Assembly (NCBI GenBank): GCA_965645245.1
Contig: OZ287071.1
Coordinates: 1,922,001 to 1,986,000 of the forward strand
DNA: 64,000 nucleotides
Reading direction: 5' to 3'
Source of the DNA: Massalongia carnosa
Taxonomy: Eukaryota
Made by a program: the position numbers and the translations under genes. This document shows positions 51,001-64,000 of the stretch, piece after piece; position 1 is the stretch's first letter; each line of letters opens with the position of its first letter. Under the pieces are notes generated by a model. That model was not told where the DNA came from and made no database searches. It saw only the letters and a program-made list of their open reading frames with translations.

Positions 51001-52950
51001 AAGAGCTTTCCAGGTATAATTTCCGCATCGATTATCGTCAGGGTAAGAGGAACCCAGCCGATGGGCTGTCAAGACCTCCTACCGCTGGCGATGATGATGG
51101 CGAAGTGCTGGTTGAAAACCGCAAAACGCTCTACCTTTTGCAGACATCCCTAGCAGATAAGAACGCACGCGTTTGTCTAATGAGGGCAATGTCAGGGGAG
51201 TCGTTAGATGATGCTTCTGGCCCGACGGGGTCTCACCACGGTGAAATATGGAAGATCATAACATGCGGAACATTGGTTGTTCCGAAGGTGAAGGCATACT
51301 GGAGTTCATTGCGAAGCTCTCTCGTACAGCACGAGTCACCTTATACTCAACCCGCTTCTAGGGGAGTATTAGAGCGTCTTCCTGAGTTGCAACAGGTTGA
51401 CGAGGTCGCTATCACTGTTCGGAAAAGGTTAGCTACCTTGAAAGACAGTGACGTGTCGGGGACACAGGAGGTGGCGCCCTCCAGCGAGCCATGGGCGGAC
51501 TCGGACCACTGTCTATTCCATGAAGGAAAGAAAGGCCTACATCCCAGCCTCCTTACGGGGAGAAATTCTTGAGTTAAATCATGATGATCCGCTGGCAGGG
51601 CACTTCGGGAAAGACAAGACGATTGAGCTAGTGAGTAGAAAGTAATACTGGCCATCGATGAAGTCAGACATAGCACGCTATGTAGAGGGTTGCGACGTCT
51701 GCATGAGTAGCAAAGCTACGAGGCATAAGCCTTATGGAAACTTGCAGTCGTTGCCTATACCAACTCATAAGTGGAAGGACATTACGATGGACTTCGTCAC
51801 TGGCTTACCTAAGAGTAAGGACTGGAGGGGAGTTGATTATGACTCTATCCTAGTCGTCGTTGATAGGCTCACCAAGATGGTGTACTATGAGGCAGTGAAG
51901 AAAACGCTGACTGCTGAACAGTTAGCTGAAGTGCCAAGGCACTGAGTGTTCAAGTATCACGGCCTACCTGACTCCATAGTCACCGATCGGGGCTCGCTAT
52001 TTACATCAAACTTCTGGTCATCCCTATGCTATTACATGAAGATAAAGCGTAGGCTAAGCACAGCCTTCCATCCACAAACAGACGGTCAGACAGAACGTCA
52101 AAATAGTACCATGGAAGCTTACCTTAGGTCTTACTGCCGTTTCGAGCAAGATGACTGGGTGCAATGGCTCCCTACCGCTGAATTTGCATACAATAACACC
52201 CGTCATTCAAGTACCAAGCTCACCCCGTTCGAGGCTAATATGGGCTACCACCCAAGGATGAGTTATAAAGATAACCAAGACCCTCGATCGAAGTCTAAGA
52301 CAGCTGAGGAACAGGCTAAAAATCTATGCGATTTGTTAGCAGAGTTGAAAAATAACCTGCAATTAGCCCAAGACAATCAAGCCAAATATCACAATAGAAC
52401 GGTGAAAGAACGTTGCTACGCTCCCGATGATATGGTTTGGCTAAACAGCAAACTTATTAAGACGAAAAGGAACAAGAAGCTTGAGCATAAGTTCTTGGGT
52501 CCCTTTAAGGTGTTGAGGCCTGTAGGCACTCAAGCTTACGAGCTAGAACTTCCGAAAAGTTAGAAAATACACCCAGTCTTTCATGTGTCTATGCTGGAAA
52601 GAGACACCACCAGAAGGGAGGTAGTAGACGAACAAATGGCTGAACAGCTTGAATTCGTAGACGATGACATGCAAGAGTATGAAGTAGAGTGCATACGAGA
52701 TAGTGCAGTCTATGCAAAAGAAGCAGAAGACGGACGACCGGCTGGATTATATTATCTAGTGCATTGGAAAGGTTATCCCGACGCGGAAGACACATGGGAG
52801 CCCGTCGCCGGCGTCAAACATCTACGAAAGCTATTGAGGGAATTTCATGAGAAAAATCCTACCAAGCCAACAGCAAAGTCCACCCCTCAGGCCACTAGGA
52901 CTCCCTTATTAGCGAAAGAAACAGGACGACGCACAAAGAGGACTAAATAA
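48024..52950 (+). pseudogene. pol: Pol (protease, RT, RNase H, integrase, chromodomain), disrupted
   Basis: LIDSGS; YLDD; ETDAS and ELLAIV; HDDPLAGH...CDVC; TMDFV, SIVTDRG and GQTER; YLVHWKGY...TWEP. Stops at ~48327, 50049, 51643, 51943 and 52561, a frameshift near 51525, and a solo-LTR insertion. Confidence 0.93.
48655..49684. mobile_element. 1030-bp probable solo LTR of an unrelated family, nested in pol
   Basis: TGTAAT...ATTACA termini, TSD TTATA (48650-48654 and 49685-49689). Removal restores the pol reading [10 protein letters not shown]. Confidence 0.85.
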
Positions 52951-53326
52951 GGCCAGCACTCTTTTCCTACCACCTGCCCACAAAAAAGGTTGGAGGTTTT
53001 TAATGAGGCTGCGCTAGGAGCTCAGCAATGTGTTGCAGTAACGTCATGCTCGATTCCATCCAGGCCAGTAGCTCTTTTCCTAGCACCTTCCCTAGAAGGG
53101 AGGTGGGAGGTTTTTAATGAAGCTGAGCCAGAGCATCAAGTTATGTTATCCTAATATCTTCCAAGCTCTTACAAATCCCAACTCTTGCTAGCCTGCATTC
53201 AAGCGGCCATCGACGTTAAAGCAATCGGCACGATTAACCGCTTGCAATTACCACGCGATGATGGGCTGAACGCACGAACTACCTGGGATGAATTTCGCAG
53301 GAGCTCATTACTAGAATGGAGGTAAT

Positions 53327-53756
53327 TGTAATAGCGCGGCAATACAGGACTGCACTTGCTCCTGGGATGACTCACCCAAGAAGCCCGGGTGACTGATAAT
53401 CCGGATGCTTAGTGATGATAAGGCGGATAGCAATACTAAGCCATCAGCAATCAGCCTTACCAGTTTGCTAGGCAGCAACTGAAGCTATTCAGATAAGCCT
53501 CGATCTCATGGGAGGCCTGGGACGCCTAGGAGACCTCAGCTGAAGGCAGCAAGGCTATCTACTAGACCTCAGCTGAAGGCAACAAGGCAGACAGGTAACC
53601 AGACAAGTAGTTAGTAAATAGGACCCCAAGGGGTATATAGAAAGCTCGATTCCCATCTTCAGGGAATCAGCTTTTAGCTTTAGCACCTACCAATCTATTA
53701 GCAGTCACACTGAGCATTATAACCCATAAGGACTAGTGTCTACTGTCCCTCTTATA
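53327..53756 (+). repeat. 3' LTR
   Basis: Direct repeat of 46352-46781, preceded by purine-rich AGAATGGAGG. Confidence 0.95.
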
Positions 53757-54064
53757 CTAGGATTCGACTATGTCCCGCTTTTGCTGCTTTATCTACAATT
53801 TCATTTTCGAAGATTTTCGAATGACTAGGAATCCATTTTTTTAATTATTCATTAAGTGTATTCAACCTAAGGTTATGACACTAAACTATTTTAAGATATG
53901 GTTTTATTTTACAAATAAATCAACCCTTTATAACCCAACTATCTATCGTCAATATTGCCCCGTTTTTACTCCGTGTTAGTAACAACCTTTAGTAATCGAA
54001 ATATCGATTTTACAATTTGTTTTTGTAAAGCTCGTAAATATTCCAGCATAAATCATTTCTAATT

Positions 54065-57000
54065 TTACTGTTCGATCTCTCCCCAACCTCCCGTTTCGAT
54101 ATTTTCGTCATCGAGCTGACCTACCATCCATTTTCTAGTCGCGATTTTGTTATCAACAATAAATTTAATCAAAATATTATTTCCGATCCTAGTATTAAAC
54201 AACATTTTTAAAGTAATTGTGGTATCGATATTTTGTTTCATGTTTAGGATTTCATTTGAATAATGTATGCAATTCATCAATAAGTGTTCTGGCGTTTGAC
54301 GTTCGTTGCAGCGCCCTGTGCATTTTGACGAATTATAATCTTTCAATCGGTGCAGATATGATCGAAAATAACCGTGTCCGAATTTCATTTGCATAATAGT
54401 CGCAAATATTAATTTCGAACAATTATTCGACAGATAATAAAAACTCGATTTGCCCGGCTGCATTTCGAATTTCTCATAGTATTTGCCTTTTGACTTGCAT
54501 TGTTGCCATTGATTCGCCCATGTGGCTAACATATTTCGATTTATTTGACCCTTTACATAATCAAATGTTATTATCGAAGACTCGACTAGGATTCGATTAT
54601 GTCCCGCTTTTACTGCTTTATCTGCAATTTCATTTTCGACGATTTTCTAATGACTAGGAATCCATTGTAGGACCACCTGATAATTGTTTCCGAATAAGCA
54701 TTTCGAGAATTTTCGAATTTGTTTTGCGTAAGTATGATTTGTCAAGTTCTGAATTTCGTTTATCGCGTTTATGCTATCGGAAAAAATCCAAATCGTTTTT
54801 TCCAAATTGAAGAGAATATTCGGAATTGTCAATTTGTATGCCCATTTTATTGCTTGTAGTATCGCATACAGTTCAGCGTTTTTAACGCTTGACTGTTTGT
54901 TTAATTTCCAGCTTTTCGAAATCGTATGATGTTTGAGGAGACAATCTTTTTCGATAAAACGATTGAAGTTATCGGTGAAATTGTTCCAATTCCGCATAAT
55001 TGATGCAAATGTGACAGCGGAAGTTGAAAACTCGGTTTTTGATCCATCGGTATAGAGTAACATTCGCGATTTATCGGCGTTTATTGATTGGATTTTTGAT
55101 AAAGTCGAATAATAACTTGACTTTGCTGTTTCTTTGGATCTTTCGATTTGGAACTTGATTTTACAAGACGGCGTCCATGGTTTGATGAAATTATTTACTG
55201 ATTCGAATTCATCAGTTTTGTGAACTATATTCGAAACGGAATGAAGAATACGGATAAGCTGACTAGGATGAGGTTTACTCGATTTTTTCTCGTCTTCGTT
55301 CCATTCAGCATATCTGTTGTTCCATAAACTAGTGTCAAAACCGATGTTTTCGAATTTCACAGAATAGGTACTGGGAATTCTTTGACAAATAGGATTATTT
55401 TCGGCAATCTTCAATAATCGAACTGCGTATTTTTGATTTTTCATCAACAATCGTAGCTTGGCTGGTAAAATATGCGATTCTATTTCCATCGCCTGAACAG
55501 GAGTGGTTTTGAATGTGCCTAAAATCTTTCGAATCATTCGATTTTGCAGATTCTGAAATAGCTTTTCATATGTCTTTTGACCGTTATACCAGATTTCTGA
55601 GCCAAATTCCGAAATAGGAATAATACATGACAGATAGAGCTGTCTGCATGCAGTTGGCTTTAGTCCCCATTCAGACTTCATCAAACTTTGAATTGCGAAA
55701 AACGATCGATTTGCAGAAGCAATTCGCGTTTCGACGTGTTTTTTGTAATTTAGTTTTCGGTCTAACCAGACTCCTAACCATTTGACAGAATTTTTCGGTT
55801 CTAGTATTGTCCCGTTTGGTAATTGCACTTTGTCTTTTGATGCATTTCTTGACTTTTCGAAGTGAATCAACTCAGATTTGTCGTCATCGAATTTGACATT
55901 ATTCGTTGCGGCCCAATCAAAAGCTGTTTTGACGATAATTTCGATTTCTTTGCAATTCTGTGTGGCAGTTTTATTTTCGACATATATAGCAACATCGTCA
56001 ATAAAGCTAGGTGATTGAGCATTGAATTTCATTCGTATTTTCGGAAATAAGTAACGAATATAAATCAGAAATAGAATTGGCGAAATAGGTGAACCTTGTG
56101 GAATTCCAGATTCGATATAGTACGTTTTGCTTTTGTGTTCATCGAATATCAAATTGATCGATCGTTTTGTCATAAAATGCTTGACCCATTGAATAACTAT
56201 GCGAGATAAATGCAGCTTTTTCATAATATTTAGCAATTGATTAATCGAAACAAAGTCAAATGCTCCTTTGACATCGAGTAATAGACATGATAAAACGTTT
56301 TTGTTTCGGTTTGCGATTTCGATATCATGAACGACGTTCATTACCGCATCGATTGCAGAATGATTTTTCCGTCCGCCCATTTGTTCGGTATCTAACAAGC
56401 TCGAATTTTCGCCGAGGTAGGCTAGTCGATTAGCAACTATTTTCTCCGCAATTTTACCAAGACAATTCAGTAAGGTAATAATTCGATATGATTTTGGCAG
56501 CGAGTAGTCTGGTTTATTAGGTTTTTTTAAAACAGCACCGAGTCCTGTTAGCCAACATAACGGTTGATAACCGATTTGTAAAAACTTAGAATAAATAGTA
56601 AAAAACACGTTTTTCAATGGTTGAAACGATTTTTGAATTATTGTGAAATTGATTGCATCAGGTCCACATGATTTCTTTGGATTAAACAAACTAATCGCAT
56701 TTTGCAATTCATTTTCGGTTAAATTCGGCCAATTGTTGTCATATTCGCTGTCTTGATTCGTTAAATCTTCAATATTATCATCAGTGAACGGGTTTTTTGT
56801 GTACATTGCTGACACAAACGTATCGCATTTGTGATCGAATTGAACATTTAACTTATTTTCATATTGAATAGGTGGTATTTTTTCGAACATGCGCGGTTTA
56901 GTGTATTTATAAGCTGTAAATACGTCTTTATTCGCTGCGTTTTCGAGGAAAGCCAACCAAGTTTGCTGTTTCGCTTTTCGAATTGCATGAAAGTACTCGA

Positions 57001-58078
57001 TTCGACTATGTCTAAATGTTTGATGACTAAAATAGAACAGATTATTCTTCCATTCTCGTCGATGTCTACACATGATTTTTCGAAGTCCGGATAAATCTTG
57101 CGACCACCAATTTTTCGATTTTGCGCATATTTTTGTCTTCGGAATAAACGTTTCAGCCGTGTTTTTGATAACGTTTTGCAAATATAACGCTGATTCATCA
57201 AATTGATAATTGTTCAATAGACTTTGTATTTGGGACTCGTAGTTTATTGCATTTTCGTCTAGAAACTTCGCGAATTTATCCCAGTCGGCTTTATTGCAGT
57301 TGTATTTATTCGATAATGCGGTTGCGTGTGACGTCAAGTTCATGAAAGACGCGATAAGTTCAAATCGAATAACTTCATGATCTGAACCCGTGACTGCGTT
57401 TTCATCGATTGACCAATTTGTAATTGCGTTTTCGATTTTAGAATTTGCAAATGTTAAATTAATAATAGATGAAGTGTTTCCTGAATGAGCAAAAAATGTA
57501 TATAGATCAGGCGTATTTATCAAACTACATTTGTTTAATTTTAACCATTTGACTAGATTTTCTGATCGAAATGCATTTTGAATCTTCGAATTCCACCAGC
57601 TATGATGTGCATTGAAATCTCCACATATGACAAATTGATCAGTTGATATAGGTTGATATTTAACTAAAAGTCGATCGATTGTATATGTTTCTCGATCGTT
57701 TAGACTTTTTTCATTGTAAAGGTTAAAGATCTGCACTTTTCGAACTTCATCAATTGTAATATTGATAATTTGCAGATCAGTATCGTTTATAAGATCCGTT
57801 CTAGGCGTGCATTGTAATTTTGGATTGCATTTTGTAACGAATATAGCTACTCTCGGCCGATAAGTCGCTATTTTCGGCATAATACATGTGAATGACGGAT
57901 GGGAAATTGTTTTTTGATCTCGCGTCCATGGTTCCTGAAATAAAACAATATCAACACGATTTAATACTGCATGTTCCAGACACGAAATCATTGCATTCGT
58001 TGACTTTGCACAATTATGTTGAATAAATTTGACATTTTGTGTATTTTCGATATTTGTCAACGAATGTTGTCCAGCCAT
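54065..58078 (-). pseudogene. B3 ORF2, 1337 codons with a single in-frame TAG at 54647
   Basis: 1143-aa ORF plus in-frame C-terminal ORF 54065-54532. APE, RT (SFIDD), RNase H and CCHC motifs. Confidence 0.92.
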
Positions 58079-59661
58079 TAACCAAGCATTAATTCATCAT
58101 TCGATTTTCTAGGATTTAGCGAGATAAATATTTCGCAACCTATATCGTTCGATTGATGATTTTTGTTGCAATTGACGCATTTCAGAATTGCATGTGCGCA
58201 TGCGATTTTAGACTTGCATGTTGTGCATTCATGATTATGCGTTTCATGACTTTGTTCGCATATATTGCATTTTGCCGGACTTTTGCATTGATAATGCTTA
58301 TGTCCAAATTTCTGACAATTAATACATTGCGTGTTTGGACGAACGGAAGCAAATATTTCCGTGTCACAATGTCTACCCGCGATATTCACGCCTCTTAACG
58401 CGTTTGACGCTTGATTTTTATTATTGAAAGTCAAAACTACCGACGACGTGACTTTGTTTTGACGATCCCGAGCAAACCATCTTGGTAAATCGCATAGATG
58501 CATATTCGAATTGTATTTTTCGATTTCGGTTTGCAAATATTGCATGTTATTATCGAATAACGAGATATTTACTCCGTGTGCTATGACTTTAAACCAGGAT
58601 TCGTCTTTTCGAATTCTTTGTGATTCGAAAATGTGTTCCCATGAAGATTTATTTTTCAACAATTCTTCGGCATTGTTGTCAAGGCTAGTGGTGAGAACGA
58701 TATTCTGACCGGTTTTGGACTTTTCAACAGTATTGACGATGATGTTTAAATTTGCGTTTTTTAATAGCGCGTTAATTTGATCACGCAACTTCATAGAGTC
58801 GATTTGAGCGTCAGAATTTTTCAGTGAAATCACGAGTCGTCTGGCCTTGATTGCATCAAATCGATCGACTTTGTTCGAATTATAATTCGAACTTTTCCTT
58901 TGAATAGTAGTCCAATTTTCGGAGTTTTCGGTTGCTTTTCCAAGCATTTGACTCCATGTACCGGTTGTGCTAACATTGTTACCAGAGACCACGGTGGCTC
59001 CTTTGCGAATGGTCTGATTTTCGATAATTGAATTTTCGTTCAATTTAACAACAGGTTTTTGGATTTTTGGACCATTCTGTAGTGGAGTCGTTTGTTGTTG
59101 TGGCGTTTTTGAGGAAAGATGACTAGTTTGAACAAGTACTATGCCCATTTTATAGTTAATCATATCTAAGGATGTTTGTAAATTGATTGATTTTTTCGAA
59201 ATCAACGCATTAACGTTGTCAATTACGATAGCCGTTTGTGGATTTTGGTCCAGTACAAATGATTGCAATAATGCTTTTTTGGCAGACTTTAGAAGCTCAA
59301 TTGAATTTGCCCGATTGATCGCTTCTTGGCTATCTCTCGAATGTTCGTCAAATGTGCGTCTTTTATTTCGTTTGATTGGTAGGCTTGATCCAATGTTTAA
59401 GTTCAATGAAGGCATCGGCAAGATAGTAGAAAATGGACCCGATGGGAATTTCGTTGCCTATGGTGTCGGTGTTGACGGGGCTGATGCATATTCGCGAGTT
59501 TGATCCATAGGTTCAAGACGGGGAGAGCTCCCTATCAACGCCACCGGAGATGGTCCGGGGGAGTATCGGGGGGGGACCGGGTAAGGGGTCGATAGGGGGG
59601 CGGGACCGGCTGGGGGTGGTGTCCTTGGTATATTCCGGCGGTTCATTACCGCGTTAAACAT
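58078..59661 (-). pseudogene. B3 ORF1 with a single in-frame TAG at 59458
   Basis: MFNAVMN... 67 aa, stop (AAG>TAG versus B1), then in-frame continuation to TAATG. Confidence 0.9.
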
Positions 59662-60556
59662 GGATTTATAAATAAATCGATGTTGCCTTTGCTATATCCC
59701 CTTTATCGCCACCAAATAATTTATTCTGACGTTCCCCGGACGTAATAGTCAGAATAGAGAGTTTTTACGCCGATTTACTGGTCTTAAGACTCTTTCTTTC
59801 CAAACCCTATTTATTTGACAATAACAAGTCAAATAAATCCTAGTCGAGTTAAAATAGACCGTTCCTCGCTTAGGCAATAGATCTTATTTAACTCTTTACC
59901 TTGACACTACGATATATGGAATATAATAAGAATTTTACGATCGAACAGAAAATTTTTTTTTAAAAAATGTTTTTGATCCAGAAATAAAAATCAAGTACAA
60001 TGAGTGAGAGGAGACTTCCTATTCTGGTTAGCCTGAAACAGGGCCTTTGGTTTAACCCTATTTCAGACGTTTTTCCCCTTCGTTTCAGCAGATTATTGGT
60101 CGGCAGTTCAACGTAAATCGAAAAAACCCAAAATGGAATAGTGTATACGGTACCCTTAACCTTAAATTTCAAATGAACACCAAGAAGTTTTGTTGTCTCG
60201 AGAACAGGTTGTACAGTTACGCGACAGTGATGATAATTTGTAGATAATTTTTGTGATAATAGATGAGATCTATGCGACAATTAAACCGAAGAAATATCGA
60301 AAATCGAGCGATTTTTGACGTTGTTGTTGGTGTTTTTGTGTTTTGTAGATTTTTTGGACGCGCTTTTTGGTGAAGCGGACAGACCGCGACGAAAACTCTG
60401 CAGGAGCAGTGGAAGAGCTCTCCTGTACCCAATTCTGATGGGTTTTAGCTTCTGGTTGGCTCAAATGAATGAGAAGAATGAGGAGAATAAGTTGGGAAAG
60501 TTTCAGTATATCAAAATATAGGGTACCGATGTTTTGGTGATTGGCTTTTTGCTGAT

Positions 60557-62373
60557 TTTGACGACGACGTGTGCACACGCAATTTTCGATTTACATGTTG
60601 TGCATTCATGATTGCGTGTTTCACGATTTTGCGCACAAATTCTGCATTTCGCTTGACTTTTGCATTGATAATGCTTGTGTCCAAATTTTTGACAATAAAT
60701 GCATTGTGTGTTTGGACGAACGGAGGTTTATAATTCCGTGTCACAATGTCGGCCCGCGATATTGACTTCTTTTAACGCGTTCAAAGCCATATATCGATTA
60801 TTGAATGTCAAAACAACGAATAATTTGATCTCGTTATGACGATCCCGTGCTCGCCATCTGGGAACATCTCATAATTGCATGTTCGAATTGAACTTTGGAA
60901 TTTCGTCTTGCAAAAATTTGCATGTTTTCATCAAATATTGCAATATTTATGCCGTGTGTGACGACTTTGTACCACGATTCGTCTTTTCGAACTATTCGTG
61001 GGTCAAATAAAAACCCCTATATTGATTTATTGTTCTATAAATCTTCAGAAGTGATTTCAGGACTAGTAATCAGAACGATTTTTTGACATGTTTTGGACTT
61101 TTCGACAGTGTTAACAACGATAGTCAATTTCGCGTCTTTAAAAAGCGAATTGATTTGGTTTCGAAGCAACAGTGAATCGATATCGCCGATTTGAGCTTTC
61201 GGTGTGATTATCAACCGTCGAGATTTGGTCGCCTTGAAATCGTCAGAATTATCGAATTTGTTCGCATTCGAATTATTGTTGTTGTTCTTGTTTGTTGTTT
61301 TGGATCGAGGAACGGTAGTCCAATTTTCGGAATTGACAGTCGCTTTTCCGAGCATTTGGCTTCATGCTTTAGCTGTGTCATTGACCTGCGGCCCTGAGAC
61401 CCTGGCCGTTTTGCTATGAATTTTTGGGTTGACATTTTTAGTCAAATTCGAATTTCTATTTGAATTTCCATTCGAATTTCTCTGTATAGGTCGCACCGAT
61501 TGTCTCTTTGTTTCTGAAATTTTGCTAGTTTATTCTAGCACCCTATTATTTAATTTCCAATTAATCATTTCTAACGTTGCTTTAGGCTTGGTTGATTTCT
61601 TTGCCAGTACAGAATTGATTCGATCAATGACAATAGCCATTTCGGGGTTTTGATCTAGTAAGAATGACTCCAATAATGCATTTTATGTCGTATTCAATAG
61701 TTGAATCGATTTTGTTCGATTGATAACTTCTTGACTTTCAATCGAATGTTCGTCAAATGTTCGTCTTTTTTTGCGTTTAAATGGTGGACTAAGTCGAATA
61801 TCAGAATTCATTGATGGCATGGGCAGATTAGTACTGAATTCACCAGATAGCGCGATAAAAGAATTTGCTTTTGGGGTGGGTGTGGACGGTGCGGACGAAA
61901 ATTCTCGCGTTTGGTCCACGGCCTCCGTGGACTCTACGGTTTGGGTGGTTCTCCCAATTATTGCTACCGAAGATGGCGTGGGGGACTCGGTTTGGGGGGG
62001 GCCTGGAGCCGTAGTCGGGGGGACCCATAGATGTTTCGGAAGGGGGCCTGGGGGTAGAGTTGTTGGTATCAATCGATTTGGTCTATGACCTATCGGGTTA
62101 AACCTTCGATTGAGCATAGTATATTTTTCTTTTTTTTTCATATTGCAGTATTACTTTTATCGCCACCAAATAATTTATTTTGACGTTCCCCGGACGTATT
62201 AGTCAGAATAGAATTCATACCTGTTTGTTTACTAGTAAAATGACTATTTGTTTCTTATCCCTATTTATTTGACTATAACGCGTCAAATAAATCCTAATCG
62301 GGTTAAAATAGACCGTTCCTCGTTAATGCAGTAAGTCTTATTTAGCCCTTTACCAGATACTACAATAGGTGAA
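60557..62373 (-). pseudogene. 5' part of LINE Y (degenerate ORF1 and proximal 5'UTR)
   Basis: ORF1 fragments matching A1; N-terminus MLNRRFNPIG open in frame. Confidence 0.87.
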
Positions 62374-64000
62374 GTTAACCCAGATACTCGACAGACTTTG
62401 TCCATCCACAATTGGATTGTTGCTCATATTAATTAATGTCCGTTTTGGAGGCAATAAGACTCATGAAGAAGAATTTCATTCTACGAGTTTGATCCCACGA
62501 GTATAATCTAGTGTAGATATAAAGTCACCAGAGATCGGTGGTCCTCCTTCTACACCATCGGTCCTCCTCCTTCTACACCATCGGTCCTCCTCCTTCTACA
62601 CCATCGGTCCTCCTCCTTTTACACCATCGGTCCTCCTCTTTCTACACCATCGGTCCTCCTCCTTCTACACCATCGGACCATCGGTCCTTATAACGGAGAC
62701 GCCAAAGGCCTCACCGTGGGGCGAACGTCAAATATATTGATTTGCTCCTATCTCTTTGCATCAAAACAATGCTAATTTAACGCGTTTACACGCGTCGCAG
62801 ACGTACGTACGGAAGAGGATACGAAGGCCAACCGCCGGGGGTAGAATGCGCGCGTCCCTGCACCATGCTTCTAAGGGTTCAAGTCCCTTTATGCAGTTAT
62901 CAGCTGGAAGAAGATGTGGACCAAAGGAGCCGCATCATCCCCCACCCGGGCACAGTCGACACGCGTTCTAGCTCCTGAGAGTTCAAGTCTACCCATGCAG
63001 TCATCAGCTGGGATCAACAGATCGCGTAAAGGCACCGGGGCAAATGCTGTCACCTCAAGAAAACTCCATCTCGGAGCAGAATAAAAATATCCCATTTAAT
63101 AGGACCGGCCTGTTAAATAAATCGTGGAAAACAGAGAGTCACAAAACACATTGTCATCAATTATACGTTGTACAAAGTACACAGTTACAAAGCACACAGT
63201 CACAAAGCACATAGTCACAAATATACAGTCATAAAACACACAGTAACAAAAAATACAGTCACAAATCAATAACACGTCCCTGTGAAGGGGGTTCTGCGGG
63301 GGCTCGTTAAGACAGATCTGCACCCCGTTAATATCGGAATACATATTTTTAGAGGTTCAAGTCCTATTTAGCAGTCATTAGCTGAAAATAATGTATTTTG
63401 ACTCGAGCATGGTTTGGATTTCACTCGGGTAGACCTCGATGGATCACAAAACGAATGAAAAGAGTTCAGCTGAACTTCGTTAATATTGTTCTCGAAGACC
63501 TCGTTAATAAGATTTTCATAGACCTCGTTAACAACGTTCGGTCCTACTATTAAAGGTTCAATTCCTTTCATGCAGTTATCGGCTGAGAGCTAAAGAAGTA
63601 CGACACGGGTCAGCTATTTCTATCTCACGGGTCTCCTTCGTCTACAACACGGAGCCCTCCGGCTGAAAGAAATAAAACATATGGACACATAGAGTAGGGT
63701 CACACCCTACACGATACAAGAGATTTAGGTTATGAAAACTATCCGATTAATGGCTACCGTGAGCAACACGGCCCGAACCGGAGTCGTACCGGGGATGGTG
63801 GAGGCAACCTAGTCATTAAATAGGACACCCTTGGGACAAGAAGAGGGCAATATACGAGGAACCCGTTAATTGATAACAGTCTAGGCCCTGAGCTAATAGA
63901 CGAATTTCAAACGAGCACCCCTCCGAGTTGTCTTCGACTCCTTTTGTGCGCATGTCGGTGTATATAGAGCAGGAAATGTCTATCTCGCTCGTAACGAGAC
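62374..64000 (+). mobile_element. Passenger element copy 2 (runs off the window edge)
   Basis: 62540-64000 is the reverse complement of 12025-14209 with scattered substitutions, no nested LINE and a 194-bp deletion. T-loops at 62878, 62982, 63356 and 63557. Confidence 0.85.
62540..62688 (+). repeat. 23-bp tandem repeat CCATCGGTCCTCCTCCTTCTACA, ~6 units
   Basis: Direct inspection. Confidence 0.93.

Larger units (their letters stand above)
46352..53756 (+). mobile_element. Ty3/gypsy LTR retrotransposon, chromovirus (Tf1/sushi-like), inactivated
   Basis: 430-bp LTRs, TSD CTAGG (46347-46351 and 53757-53761), domain order gag-PR-RT-RH-IN-chromodomain. Confidence 0.96.
45957..60556 (-). mobile_element. 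B-type LINE insertion with two tandem 3' ends, later invaded by the chromovirus
   Basis: TSD TTTGACGACGACG at 45944-45956 and 60557-60569. Poly(A) ends at 45957 and ~53837. Confidence 0.85.

Noticed and set aside
62540..62688. CRISPR array or telomeric repeat
   Set aside because: Head-to-tail repeats without spacers, internal to a dispersed element. The GGTGTA resemblance to yeast telomere cores is too short to support.

Overview
Gene-free eukaryotic window, most likely from an ascomycete fungus, made entirely of nested retroelements. Most of it is Tad1-like LINEs of three subfamilies, here called A, B and C. Their ORF1 carries three Cys/His knuckles, ORF2 is APE endonuclease-RT-RNase H-CCHC, the two ORFs are joined by a TAATG overlap, and insertions have 12-15 bp TSDs. 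There is also one Ty3/gypsy chromovirus (46352-53756) carrying a nested 1030-bp solo LTR, and a fold-back inverted duplication (4228-9731 vs 16240-29747) whose arms were later hit by different insertions. The most unusual feature is a ~1.9-kb non-coding passenger element in two copies (11807-14256 minus; 62374->64000 plus). Copy 1 is fused to the 5' end of a truncated LINE inside a single 13-bp TSD. Both copies contain four repeats of a covarying RNA module: outer helix, 5-bp stem with a UUCAAGU T-loop, and a near-invariant CAUGCAGUCAUCAGCU strand. The modules sit on long G-U-rich stalks, two of which carry a periodic CGUUAA/ACACG motif. This is a candidate undescribed structured-RNA parasite of LINEs. 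All alignments and folds were done by eye; boundaries may be off by a few nt.
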